This document shows positions 44,300 to 58,600 of a stretch of DNA of 64,000 bases, piece by piece; position 1 is the first letter of the stretch, and each line of letters starts with the position of its first letter. The stretch is from NCBI GenBank assembly GCA_964016885.1, contig OZ024742.1:349370001-349434000 (forward strand). Direction: 5' to 3'. The notes below the pieces were generated by a model, which was not told the origin of the DNA, did not search any database, and saw only the letters and a list, made by a program, of their open reading frames with translations. Origin of the DNA: Eledone cirrhosa. Taxonomy: Eukaryota. A program made the translations under genes and the position numbers.

Positions 44300-47200
44300 A
44301 TCGCAGTACCCTGTCTAAAACTCTATAACTCCGATATCATCGCAGAACCCTGTCTAAAACTCTATAACTCTGATATCATTGCAGTACCCTGTCTAAAACT
44401 CTCTAACTCTGATATCATCGCAGTACCCTGTCTAAAACTCTATAACTCTGATATCATTGCAGTACCCTGTCTAAAACTCTATAACTCTTATAACATCGCA
44501 AAATCCTGTCTAAATCTCTATAACTCTGATATCATCGCAGTAGCCTGTCTAGAACTCTATAACTCTGATATCATCGCAGTACCCTGTCTAGAACTCTATA
44601 ACTCTGATATCATCGCAGAACCCTCTCTAAAACTCTCTAACTCTGATATCATTGCAGTACCCTGTCTAAAATTCTATAACTCTGATATCATCGCAGAACC
44701 CTGTCTAAAACTCTCTAACTCTGATATCATTGCAGAAACCTGTCTAAAATTCTATAACTCTGATATCATCGCAGTACCCTGTCTAAAACTCTATAACTCT
44801 GATATCATTGCAGTACCCTTTTTAAAATTCTATAACTCTGATATCATCGCAGTACCCTGTCTAAAACTCTATAACTCTGATATCATTGCGGTACCCTGTC
44901 TAAAACTCTATAACTCTGATATCATCACAGTACCCTGTCTAAAACTCTATAACTCCGATATCATCGCAGTACCCTGTCTAAAACTCTATAACTCTGATAT
45001 CATCGCAGTACCTGTCTACAACTCCATAACTCTGATATCATCGCAGTACCCTGTCTAAAACTCTATAACTCTGATATCATCGCAGTACCTGTCTAAAACT
45101 CTATAACTCTGATATCATTGCAGTACCCTGTCTAAAACTATCTAACTCTGATATCATCGCAGTACCCTGTCTAAAACTCTATAATTCTGATATCATTGCA
45201 GTACCCTGTCTAAAACTCTATAACTCTGATAACATCGCAAAACCCTGTCTAAATCTCTATAACTCTGATATCATCGCAGTAGCCTGTCTAGAACTGTATA
45301 ACTCTGATATCATCGCAGTACCCTGTCTAGAACTCTATAACTCTGATATCATCGCAGAACCCTGTCTAAAATTCTCTAACTCTGATATCATTGCAGTACC
45401 CTGTCTAAAATTCTATAACTCTGATATCATCGCAGAACCCTGTCTAAAACTCTCTAACTCTGATATCATTGCAGAACCCTGTCTAAAATTCTATAACTCT
45501 GATATCATCGCAGTACCCTGTCTAAAACTCTATAACTCTGATATCATTGCAGTACCCTTTTTAAAATTCTATAACTCTGATATCATCGCAGTACCCTGTC
45601 TAAAACTATATAACTCTGATATCATTGCGGTACCCTGTCTAAAACTCTATAACTCTGATATCATAGCAGTACCCTGTTTAAATCTCTATAACTCTGATAT
45701 CATCGCAGTACCCTGTCTAGAACTCTATAACTCTGATATCATCGCAGTACCCTGTCTAAAACTCTATAACTCCGATATCATCGCAGTACCCTGTCTAAAA
45801 CTCTATAACTCTGATATCATCGTAGTACCTGTCTACAACTCCATAACTCTGATATCATCGCAGTACCCTGTCTAAAACTCTATAACTCTGATATCATCGC
45901 AGTACCTGTCTAAAACTCTATAACTCTGATATCATTGCAGTACCCTGTCTAAAACTCTCTAACTCTGATATCATCGCAGTACCCTGTCTAAAACTCTTTT
46001 ATTCTGATATCATTGCAGTACCCTGTCTAAAACTCTATAACTCTGATAACATCGCAAAACCCTGTCTAAATCTCTATAACTCTGATATCATCGCAGTACC
46101 CTGTCTAGAACTCTATAACTCTGATATCATCGCAGAACCCTGTCTAAAACTCTCTAACTCTAATATCATTGCAGTACCCTGTCTAAAACTCTATAACTCT
46201 GATATCATTGCAGTACCCTGTCTAAAATTCTATAACTCTGATATCATCGCAGTACCCTGTCTAGAACTCTATATCTCTGATATCATCGCAGTACCCTGTC
46301 TAAAACTCTATAACTCTGATATCATCGCAGTACCCTGTCTAAAACTCTATAACTCCGATATCATCCCAGAACCCTGTCTAAAACTCTATAACTCTGATAT
46401 CATTGCATTACCCTGTCTAAAACTCTATAACTCTGATATCATCGCAGTACCCTGTCTAAAACTCTATAACTCCGATATCATCGCAAAACCCTGTCTAAAT
46501 CTCTATAACTCTGATATCATCGCAGTAGCCTGTCTAGAACTCTATAACTCTGATATCATAGCAGTACCCTGTCTAGAACTCTATAACTCTGATATCATCG
46601 CAGAACCCTGTCTAAAACTCTCTAACTCTGATATCATTGCAGTACCCTGTCTAAAATTCCATAACTCTGATATCATCGCAGAACCCTGTCTAAAACTCTC
46701 TAACTCTGATATCATTGCAGTACCCTGTCTAAAATTCTATAACTCTGATATCATCGCAGAACCCTGTCTAAAACTCTCTAACTCTGATATCATTGCAGAA
46801 CCCAGTCTAAAATTCTATAACTCTGATATCATCGCAGTACCCTGTCTAAAACTCTATAACTCTGATATCATTGCAGTACCCTTTTTAAAATTCTATAACT
46901 CTGATATCATCGCAGTACCCTGTCTAAAACTATATAACTCTGATATCATTGCGGTACCCTGTCTAAAACTCTATAACTCTGATATCATCGCAGTACCCTG
47001 TTTAAATCTCTATAACTCTGATATCATCGCAGTACCCTGTCTAGAACTCTATAAATCTGATATCATCGCAGTACCCTGTCTAAAACTCTATAACTCCGAT
47101 ATCATCGCAGTACCCTGTCTAAAACTCTATAACTCTGATATCATCGCAGTACCTGTCTACAACTCCATAACTCTGATATCATCGCAGTACCCTGTCTAAA

Positions 47201-50200
47201 ACTCTATAACTCTGATATCATCGCAGTACCTGTCTAAAACTCTATAACTCTGATATCATTGCAGTACCCTGTCTAAAACTCTCTAACTCTGATATCATCG
47301 CAGTACCTTGTCTAAAACTCTTTTATTCTGATATCATTGCAGTACCCTGTCTAAAACTCTATAACTCTGATAACATCGCAAAACCCTGTCTAAATCTCTA
47401 TAAGTCTGATATCATCGCAGTACCCTGTCTAGAACTCTATAACTCTGATATCATCGCAGAACCCTGTCTAAAACTCTCTAACTCTGATATCATTGCAGTA
47501 CCCTGTCTAAAATTCTATAACTCTGATATCATCGCAGTACCCTGTCTAAAACTCTATAACTCTGATATCATTGCAGTACCCAGTCTAAAATTCTATAACT
47601 CTGATATCATCGCAGTACCCTGTCTAAAACTCTATAACTCTGATATCATCGCACTACCCTGTTTAAATCTCTATAACACTGATATCATCGCAGTACCCTA
47701 TCTAGAACTCTATAACTCTGGTATCATCGCAGTACCCTGTCTAAAACTCTATAACTCTGATATCATCGCAGTACCTGTCTACAACTCTATAACTCTGATA
47801 ACATCGCAGTACCCTATCTAGAACTCTATAACACTGATATCATCGCAGTACCCTGTCTAAAACTCTATAACTCTGATATCATCGCAGTACCCTGTCTAGA
47901 ACGCTATAACTCTGATATCATTGCAGTACCCTGTCTAAAATTCTATAACTCTGATATCATCGCAGTACCCTGTCTAAAACTCCATAACTCTGATATCATC
48001 GCAGTACCCTGTCTAAAACTCTATATCTCTGATATAATTGCAGTACCCTGTCTAAAACTCTATAACTCTGATATCATCGCAGTACCTGTCTAAAACTCTA
48101 TAACTCTGATATCATCGCAGTACCCTGTCTAAAACTCTATAACTCCGATATCATCGCAGAACCCTGTCTAAAACTCTATAACTCTGATATCATTGCAGTA
48201 CCCTGTCTAAAATTCTATAACTCTGATATCATCGCAGTACCCTGTCTAGATCTCTATATCTCTGATATCATCGCAGTACCCTGTCTAAAACTCTATAACT
48301 CTGATATCATCGCAGTACCCTGTCTACAACTCTAGAACTCCGATATCATCGCAGAACCCTGTCTAAAACTCTATAACTCTGATATCATTGCATTACCCTG
48401 TCTAAAACTCTATAACTCTGCTATCATCGCAGTACCCTGTCTAAAACTCTATAACTCCGATATCATCGCAGAACCCTGTCTAAAACTCTATAACTCTGAT
48501 ATCATTGCAGTACCCTGTCTAAAACTCTCTAACTCTGATATCATCGCAGTACCCTGTCTAAAACTCTATAACTCTGATATCATTGCAGTACCCTGTCTAA
48601 AACTCTATAACTCTTATAACATCGCAAAATCCTGTCTAAATCTCTATAACTCTGATATCATCGCAGTAGCCTGTCTAGAACTCTATAACTCTGATATCAT
48701 CGCAGTACCCTGTCTAGAACTCTATAACTCTGATATCATCGCAGAACCCTCTCTAAAACTCTCTAACTCTGATATCATTGCAGTACCCTGTCTAAAATTC
48801 TATAACTCTGATATCATCGCAGAACCCTGTCTAAAACTCTCTAACTCTGATATCATTGCAGAACCCTGTCTAAAATTCTATAACTCTGATATCATCGCAG
48901 TACCCTGTCTAAAACTCTATAACTCTGATATCATTGCAGTACCCTTTTTAAAATTCTATAACTCTGATATCATCGCAGTACCCTGTCTAAAACTCTATAA
49001 CTCTGATATCATTGCGGTACCCTGTCTAAAACTCTATAACTCTGATATCATCACAGTACCCTGTCTAAAACTCTATAACTCCGATATCATCGCAGTACCC
49101 TGTCTAAAACTCTATAACTCTGATATCATCGCAGTACCTGTCTACAACTCCATAACTCTGATATCATCGCAGTACCCTCTCTAAAACTCTATAACTCTGA
49201 TATCATCGCAGTACCTGTCTAAAACTCTATAACTCTGATATCATTGCAGTACCCTGTCTAAAACTATCTAACTCTGATATCATCGCAGTACCCTGTCTAA
49301 AACTCTATAATTCTGATATCATTGCAGTACCCTGTCTAAAACTCTATAACTCTGATAACATCGCAAAACCCTGTCTAAATCTCTATAACTCTGATATCAT
49401 CGCAGTAGCCTGTCTAGAACTGTATAACTCTGATATCATCGCAGTACCCTGTCTAGAACTCTATAACTCTGATATCATCGCAGAACCCTGTCTAAAATTC
49501 TCTAACTCTGATATCATTGCAGTACCCTGTCTAAAATTCTATAACTCTGATATCATCGCAGAACCCTGTCTAAAACTCTCTAACTCTGATATCATTGCAG
49601 AACCCTGTCTAAAATTCTATAACTCTGATATCATCGCAGTACCCTGTCTAAAACTCTATAACTCTGATATCATTGCAGTACCCTTTTTAAAATTCTATAA
49701 CTCTGATATCATCGCAGTACCCTGTCTAAAACTATATAACTCTGATATCATTGCGGTACCCTGTCTAAAACTCTATAACTCTGATATCATCGCAGTACCC
49801 TGTTTAAATCTCTATAACTCTGATATCATCGCAGTACCCTGTCTAGAACTCTATAACTCTGATATCATCGCAGTACCCTGTCTAAAACTCTATAACTCCG
49901 ATATCATCGCAGTACCCTGTCTAAAACTCTATAACTCTGATATCATCGCAGTACCTGTCTACAACTCCATAACTCTGATATCATCGCAGTACCCTGTCTA
50001 AAACTCTATAACTCTGATATCATCGCAGTACCTGTCTAAAACTCTATAACTCTGATATCATTGCAGTACCCTGTCTAAAACTCTCTAACTCTGATATCAT
50101 CGCAGTACCCTGTCTAAAACTCTTTTATTCTGATATCATTGCAGTACCCTGTCTAAAACTCTATAACTCTGATAACATCGCAAAACCCTGTCTAAATCTC

Positions 50201-52600
50201 TATAACTCTGATATCATCGCAGTACCCTGTCTAGAACTCTATAACTCTGATATCATCGCAGAACCCTGTCTAAAACTCTCTAACTCTGATATCATTGCAG
50301 TACCCTGTCTAAAACTCTATAACTCTGATATCATTGCAGTACCCTGTCTAAAATTCTATAACTCTGATATCATCGCAGTACCCTGTCTAGAACTCTATAT
50401 CTCTGATATCATCGCAGTACCCTGTCTAAAACTCTATAACTCTGATATCATCGCAGTACCCTGTCTAAAACTCTATAACTCCGATATCATCCCAGAACCC
50501 TGTCTAAAACTCTATAACTCTGATATCATTGCATTACCCTGTCTAAAACTCTATAACTCCGATATCATCGCAAAACCCTGTCTAAATCTCTATAACTCTG
50601 ATATCATCGCAGTAGCCTGTCTAGAACTCTATAACTCTGATATCATAGCAGTACCCTGTCTAGAACTCTATAACTCTGATATCATCGCAGAACCCTGTCT
50701 AAAACTCTCTAACTCTGATATCATTGCAGTACCCTGTCTAAAATTCCATAACTCTGATATCATCGCAGAACCCTGTCTAAAACTCTCTAACTCTGATATC
50801 ATTGCAGTACCCTGTCTAAAATTCTATAACTCTGATATCATCGCAGAACCCTGTCTAAAACTCTCTAACTCTGATATCATTGCAGAACCCTGTCTAAAAT
50901 TCTATAACTCTGATATCATCGCAGTACCCTGTCTAAAACTCTATAACTCTGATATCATTGCAGTACCCTTTTTAAAATTCTATAACTCTGATATCATCGC
51001 AGTACCCTGTCTAAAACTATATAACTCTGATATCATTGCGGTACCCTGTCTAAAACTCTATAACTCTGATATCATCGCAGTACCCTGTTTAAATCTCTAT
51101 AACTCTGATATCATCGCAGTACCCTGTCTAGAACTCTATAAATCTGATATCATCGCAGTACCCTGTCTAAAACTCTATAACTCCGATATCATCGCAGTAC
51201 CCTGTCTAAAACTCTATAACTCTGATATCATCGCAGTACCTGTCTACAACTCCATAACTCTGATATCATCGCAGTACCCTGTCTAAAACTCTATAACTCT
51301 GATATCATCGCAGTACCTGTCTAAAACTCTATAACTCTGATATCATTGCAGTACCCTGTCTAAAACTCTCTAACTCTGATATCATCGCAGTACCTTGTCT
51401 AAAACTCTTTTATTCTGATATCATTGCAGTACCCTGTCTAAAACTCTATAACTCTGATAACATCGCAAAACCCTGTCTAAATCTCTATAAGTCTGATATC
51501 ATCGCAGTACCCTGTCTAGAACTCTATAACTCTGATATCATCGCAGAACCCTGTCTAAAACTCTCTAACTCTGATATCATTGCAGTACCCTGTCTAAAAT
51601 TCTATTACTCTGATATCATCGCAGTACCCTGTCTAAAACTCTATAACTCTGATATCATTGCAGTACCCAGTCTAAAATTCTATAACTCTGATATCATCGC
51701 AGTACCCTGTCTAAAACTCTATAAATCTGATATCATCGCACTACCCTGTTTAAATCTCTATAACTCTGATATCATCGCAGTACCCTATCTAGAACTCTAT
51801 AACTCTGGTATCATCGCAGTACCCTGTCTAAAACTCTATAACTCTGATATCATCGCAGTACCTGTCTACAACTCTATAACTCTGATAACATCGCAGTTCC
51901 CTATCTAGAACTCTATAACACTGATATCATCGCAGTACCCTGTCTAAAACTCTATAACTCTGATATCATCGCAGTACCCTGTCTAGAACTCTATAACTCT
52001 GATATCATTGCAGTACCCTGTCTAAAATTCTATAACTCTGATATCATCGCAGTACCCTGTCTAAAACTCCATAACTCTGATATCATCGCAGTACCCTGTC
52101 TAAAACTCTATATCTCTGATATAATTGCAGTACCCTGTCTAAAACTCTATAACTCTGATATCATCGCAGTACCTGTCTAAAACTCTATAACTCTGATATC
52201 ATCGCAGTACCCTGTCTAAAACTCTATAACTCCGATATCATCGCAGAACCCTGTCTAAAACTCTATAACTCTGATATCATTGCAGTACCCTGTCTAAAAT
52301 TCTATAACTCTGATATCATCGCAGTACCCTGTCTAGAACTCTATATCTCTGATATCATCGCAGTACCCTGTCTAAAAGTCTATAACTCTGATATCATCGC
52401 AGTACCCTGTCTACAACTCTAGAACTCCGATATCATCGCAGAACCCTGTCTAAAACTCTATAACTCTGATATCATTGCATTACCCTGTCTAAAACTCTAT
52501 AACTCTGCTATAATCGCAGTACCCTGTCTAAAACTCTATAACTCCGATATCATCGCAGAACCCTGTCTAAAACTCTATAACTCTGATATCATTGCAGTAC
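44300..52600 (+). repeat. 105-106-monomer (~4.1 kb) tandem duplication
   Basis: CTGTATAAC 45294/49420 (offset 4126); CTCTTATAAC ~44486/~48611; ATAAATCTGA 47051/51138 and GCACTACCC 47651/51738 (offset 4087). Confidence 0.85.
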
Positions 52601-55600
52601 CCTGTCTAAAACTCTATAACTCTGATAACATCGCAAAACCCTGTCTAAATCTCTATAACTCTGACATCATCGCAGTAGCCTGTCTAGAACTCTATAACTC
52701 TGATATCATCGCAGTACCCTGTCTAGAACTCTATAACTCTGATATCATCGCAGAACCCTGTCTAAAACTCTCTAACTCTGATATCATTGCAGTACCCTGT
52801 CTAAAATTCTATAACTCTGATATCATCGCAGAACCCTGTCTAAAACTCTCTAACTCTGATATCATTGCAGAACCCTGTCTAAAATTCTATAACTCTGATA
52901 TCATCGCAGTACCCTGTCTAAAACTCTATAACTCTGATATCATTGCAGTACCCTTTTTAAAATTCTATAACTCTGATATCATTGCGGTACCCTGTCTAAA
53001 ACTCTATAACTCTGATATCATCGCAGTACCCTGTTTAAATCTCTATAACTCTGATATCATCGCAGTACCCTGTCTAGAACTCTATAACACTGATATCATC
53101 GCAGTACCCTGTCTAAAACTCTATAACTCCGATATCATCGCAGTACCCTGTCTAAAACTCTATAACTCTGATATCATCGCAGTACCTGTCTACAAAACCA
53201 TAACTCTGATATCATCGCAGTACCCTGTCTAAAACTCTATAACTCTGATATCATCGCAGTACCTGTCTAAAACTCTATAACTCTGATATCATTGCAGTAC
53301 CCTGTCTAAAACTCTCTAACTCTGATATCATCGCAGTACCCTGTCTAAAACTCTATAATTCTGATATCATTGCAGTACCCTGTCTAAAACTCTATAACTC
53401 TGATAACATCGCAAAACCCTGTCTAAATCTCTATAACTCTGATGTCATCGCAGTACCCTGTCTAGAACTCTATAACTCTGATATCATCGCAGAACCCTGT
53501 CTAAAACTCTCTAACTCTGATATCATTGCAGTACCCTGTCTAAAATTCTATAACTGTGATATCATCACAGAACCCTGTCTAAAACTCTATAACTCTGATA
53601 TCATAGCAGAACCCTGTCTAAAATTCTATAACTCTGATATCATCGCAGTACCCTGTCTAAAACTCCATAACTCTGATATCATTGCAGTACCCAGTCTAAA
53701 ATTCTATAACTCTGATATCATCGCAGTACCCTGTCTAAAACTATATATCTCTGACATCATTGCGGTACCCTGTCTAAAACTCTATAACTCTGATATCATC
53801 GCAGTACCCTGTTTAAATCTCTATAACTCTGATATCATCGCAGTACCCTGTCTAAAACTATATATCTCTGACATCATTGCGGTACCCTGTCTAAAACTCT
53901 ATAACTCCGATATCATCGCAGAACCCTGTCTAAAACTCTATAACTCTGATATCATTGCAGTACCCTGTCTAAAACTCTATAACTCTTATAACATCGCAAA
54001 AACCTGTCTAAATCTCTATAACTCTGATATCATCGCAGTACCCTGTCTAGAACTCTATAACTCTGATATCATCGCAGAACCCTCTCTAAAACTCTCTAAC
54101 TCTGATATCATTGCAGTACCCTGTCTAAAATTCTATAACTCTGATATCATCGCAGAACCCTGTCTAAAACTCTCTAACTCTGATATCATTGCAGAACCCT
54201 GTCTAAAATTCTATAACTCTGATATCATCGCAGTACCCTGTCTAAAACTCTATAACTCTGATATCATTGCAGTACCCTTTTTAAAATTCTATAACTCTCA
54301 TATCATCGAAGTACCCTGTCTAAAACTCTATAACTCTGATATCATTGCGGTACCCTGTCTAAAACTCTATAACTCTGATATCATCACAGTACCCTGTCTA
54401 AAACTCTATAACTCCGATATCATCGCAGTACCCTGTCTAAAACTCTATAACTCTGATATCATCGCAGTACCTGTCTACAACTCCATAACTCTGATATCAT
54501 CGCAGTACCCTGTCTAAAACTCTATAACTCTGATATCATCGCAGTACCTGTCTAAAACTCTATAACTCTGATATCATTGCAGTACCCTGTCTAAAACTAT
54601 CTAACTCTGATATCATCGCAGTACCCTGTCTAAAACTCTATAATTCTGATATCATTGCAGTACCCTGTCTAAAACTCTATAACTCTGATAACATCGCAAA
54701 ACCCTGTCTAAATCTCTATAACTCTGATATCATCGCAGTAGCCTGTCTAGAACTGTATAACTCTGATATCATCGCAGTACCCTGTCTAGAACTCTATAAC
54801 TCTGATATCAACGCAGAACCCTGTCTAAAATTCTCTAACTCTGATATCATTGCAGTACCCTGTCTAAAATTCTATAACTCTCATATCATCGCAGAACCCT
54901 GTCTAAAACTCTCTAACTCTGATATCATTGCAGAACCCTGTCTAAAATTCTATAACTCTGATATCATCGCAGTACCCTGTCTAAAACTCTATAACTCTGA
55001 TATCATTGCAGTACCCTTTTTAAAATTCTATAACTCTGATATCATCGCAGTACCCTGTCTAAAACTATATAACTCTGATATCATTGCGGTACCCTGTCTA
55101 AAACTCTATAACTCTGATATTATCGCAGTACCCTGTTTAAATCTCTATAACTCTGATATCATCGCAGTACCCTGTCTAGAACTCTATAACTCTGATATCA
55201 TCGCAGTACCCTGTCTAAAACTCTATAACTCCGATATCATCGCAGTACCCTGTCTAAAACTCTATAACTCTGATATCATCGCAGTACCTGTCTACAACTC
55301 CATAACTCTGATATCATCGCAGTACCCTGTCTACAACTCTATAACTCTGATATCATCGCAGTACCTGTCTAAAACTCTATAACTCTGATATCATTGCAGT
55401 ACCCTGTCTAAAACTCTCTAACTCTGATATCATCGCAGTACCCTGTCTAAAACTCTTTTATTCTGATATCATTGCAGTACCCTGTCTAAAACTCTATAAC
55501 TCTGATAACATCGCAAAACCCTGTCTAAATCTCTATAACTCTGATATCATCGCAGTACCCTGTCTAGAACTCTATAACTCTGATATCATCGCAGAACCCT

Positions 55601-58600
55601 GTCTAAAACTCTCTAACTCTGATATCATTGCAGTACCCTGTCTAAAACTCTATAACTCTGATATCATTGCAGTACCCTGTCTAAAATTCTATAACTCTGA
55701 TATCATCGCAGTACCCTGTCTAGAACTCTATATCTCTGATATCATCGCAGTACCCTGTCTAAAACTCTATAACTCTGATATCATCGCAGTACCCTGTCTA
55801 AAACTCTATAACTCCGATATCATCCCAGAACCCTGTCTAAAACTCTATAACTCTGATATCATTGCATTACCCTGTCTAAAACTCTATAACTCTGATATCA
55901 TCGCAGTACCCTGTCTAAAACTCTATAACTCCGATATCATCGCAAAACCCTGTCTAAATCTCTATAACTCTGATATCATCGCAGTAGCCTGTCTAGAACT
56001 CTATAACTCTGATATCATCGCATTACCCTGTCTAAAACTATATAACTCTGATATCATTGCGGTAGCCTGTCTAAAACTCTATAACTCTGATATCATCGCA
56101 GTACCCTGTTTAAATCTCTATAACTCTGATATCATCGCAGTACCCTGTCTAGAACTCTATAACTCTGATATCATCGCAGTACCCTGTCTAAAATTCTATA
56201 ACTCCGATATCATCGCAGTACCCTGTCTAAAACTCTATAACTCTGATATCATCGCAGTACCTGTCTACAACTCCATAACTCTGATATCATCGCAGTACCC
56301 TGTCTAAAACTCTATAACTCTGATATCATCGCAGTACCTGTCTAAAACTCTCTAACTCTGATATCATCGCAGTACCCTGTCTAAAACTCTTTTATTCTGA
56401 TATCATTGCAGTACCCTGTCTAAAACTCTATAACTCTGATAACATCGCAAAACCCTGTCTAAATCTCTATAACTCTGATATCATCGCAGTACCCTGTCTA
56501 GAACTCTATAACTCTGATATCATCGCAGAACCCTGTCTAAAACTCTCTAACTCCGATATCATCCCAGAACCCTGTCTAAAACTCTATAACTCTGATATCA
56601 TTGCATTACCCTGTCTAAAACTCTATAACTCTGATATCATCGCAGTACCCTGTCTAAAACTCTATAACTCCGATATCATCGCAGAACCCTGTCTAAAACT
56701 CTATAACTCTGATATCATTGCAGTACCCTGTCTAAAACTCTCTAACTCTGATATCATCGCAGTACCCTGTCTAAAACTCTATAACTCTGATATCATTGCA
56801 GTACCCTGTCTAAAACTCTATAACTCTTATAACATCGCAAAATCCTGTCTAAATCTCTATAACTCTGATATCATCGCAGTAGCCTGTCTAGAACTCTATA
56901 ACTCTGATATCATCGCAGTACCCTGTCTAGAACTCTATAACTCTGATATCATCGCAGAACCCTGTCTAAAACTCTCTAACTCTGATATCATTGCAGTACC
57001 CTGTCTAAAATTCTATAACTCTGATATCATCGCAGAACCCTGTCTAAAACTCTCTAACTCTGATATCATTGCAGAACCCTGTCTAAAATTCTATAACTCT
57101 GATATCATCGCAGTACCCTGTCTAAAACTCTATAACTCTGATATCATTGCAGTACCCTTTTTAAAATTCTATAACTCTGATATCATCGCAGTACCCTGTC
57201 TAAAACTCTATAACTCTGATATCATTGCGGTACCCTGTCTAAAACTCTATAACTCTGATATCATCACAGTACCCTGTCTAAAACTCTATAACTCCGATAT
57301 CATCGCAGTACCCTGTCTAAAACTCTATAACTCTGATATCATCGCAGTACCTGTCTACAACTCCATAACTCTGATATCATCGCAGTACCCTGTCTAAAAC
57401 TCTATAACTCTGATATCATCGCAGTACCTGTCTAAAACTCTATAACTCTGATATCATCGCAGTACCCTGTCTAGAACTCTATAACTCTGATATCATCGCA
57501 GAACCCTGTCTAAAACTCTCTAACTCTGATATCATCGCAGTACCTGTCTAAAACTCTATAACTCTGCTATAATCGCAGTACCCTGTCTAAAACTCTATAA
57601 CTCCGATATCATCGCAGAACCCTGTCTAAAACTCTATAACTCTGATATCATTGCAGTACCCTGTCTAAAACTCTATAACTCTGATAACATCGCAAAACCC
57701 TGTCTAAATCTCTATAACTCTGACATCATCGCAGTAGCCTGTCTAGAACTCTATAACTCTGATATCATCGCAGTACCCTGTCTAGAACTCTATAACTCTG
57801 ATATCATCGCAGAACCCTGTCTAAAACTCTCTAACTCTGATATCATTGCAGTACCCTGTCTAAAATTCTATAACTCTGATATCATCGCAGAACCCTGTCT
57901 AAAACTCTCTAACTCTGATATCATTGCAGAACCCTGTCTAAAATTCTATAACTCTGATATCATCGCAGTACCCTGTCTAAAACTCTATAACTCTGATATC
58001 ATTGCAGTACCCTTTTTAAAATTCTATAACTCTGATATCATTGCGGTACCCTGTCTAAAACTCTATAACTCTGATATCATCGCAGTACCCTGTTTAAATC
58101 TCTATAACTCTGATATCATCGCAGTACCCTGTCTAGAACTCTATAACACTGATATCATCGCAGTACCCTGTCTAAAACTCTATAACTCCGATATCATCGC
58201 AGTACCCTGTCTAAAACTCTATAACTCTGATATCATCGCAGTACCTGTCTACAAAACCATAACTCTGATATCATCGCAGTACCCTGTCTAAAACTCTATA
58301 ACTCTGATATCATCGCAGTACCTGTCTAAAACTCTATAACTCTGATATCATTGCAGTACCCTGTCTAAAACTCTCTAACTCTGATATCATCGCAGTACCC
58401 TGTCTAAAACTCTATAATTCTGATATCATTGCAGTACCCTGTCTAAAACTCTATAACTCTGATAACATCGCAAAACCCTGTCTAAATCTCTATAACTCTG
58501 ATGTCATCGCAGTACCCTGTCTAGAACTCTATAACTCTGATATCATCGCAGAACCCTGTCTAAAACTCTCTAACTCTGATATCATTGCAGTACCCTGTCT

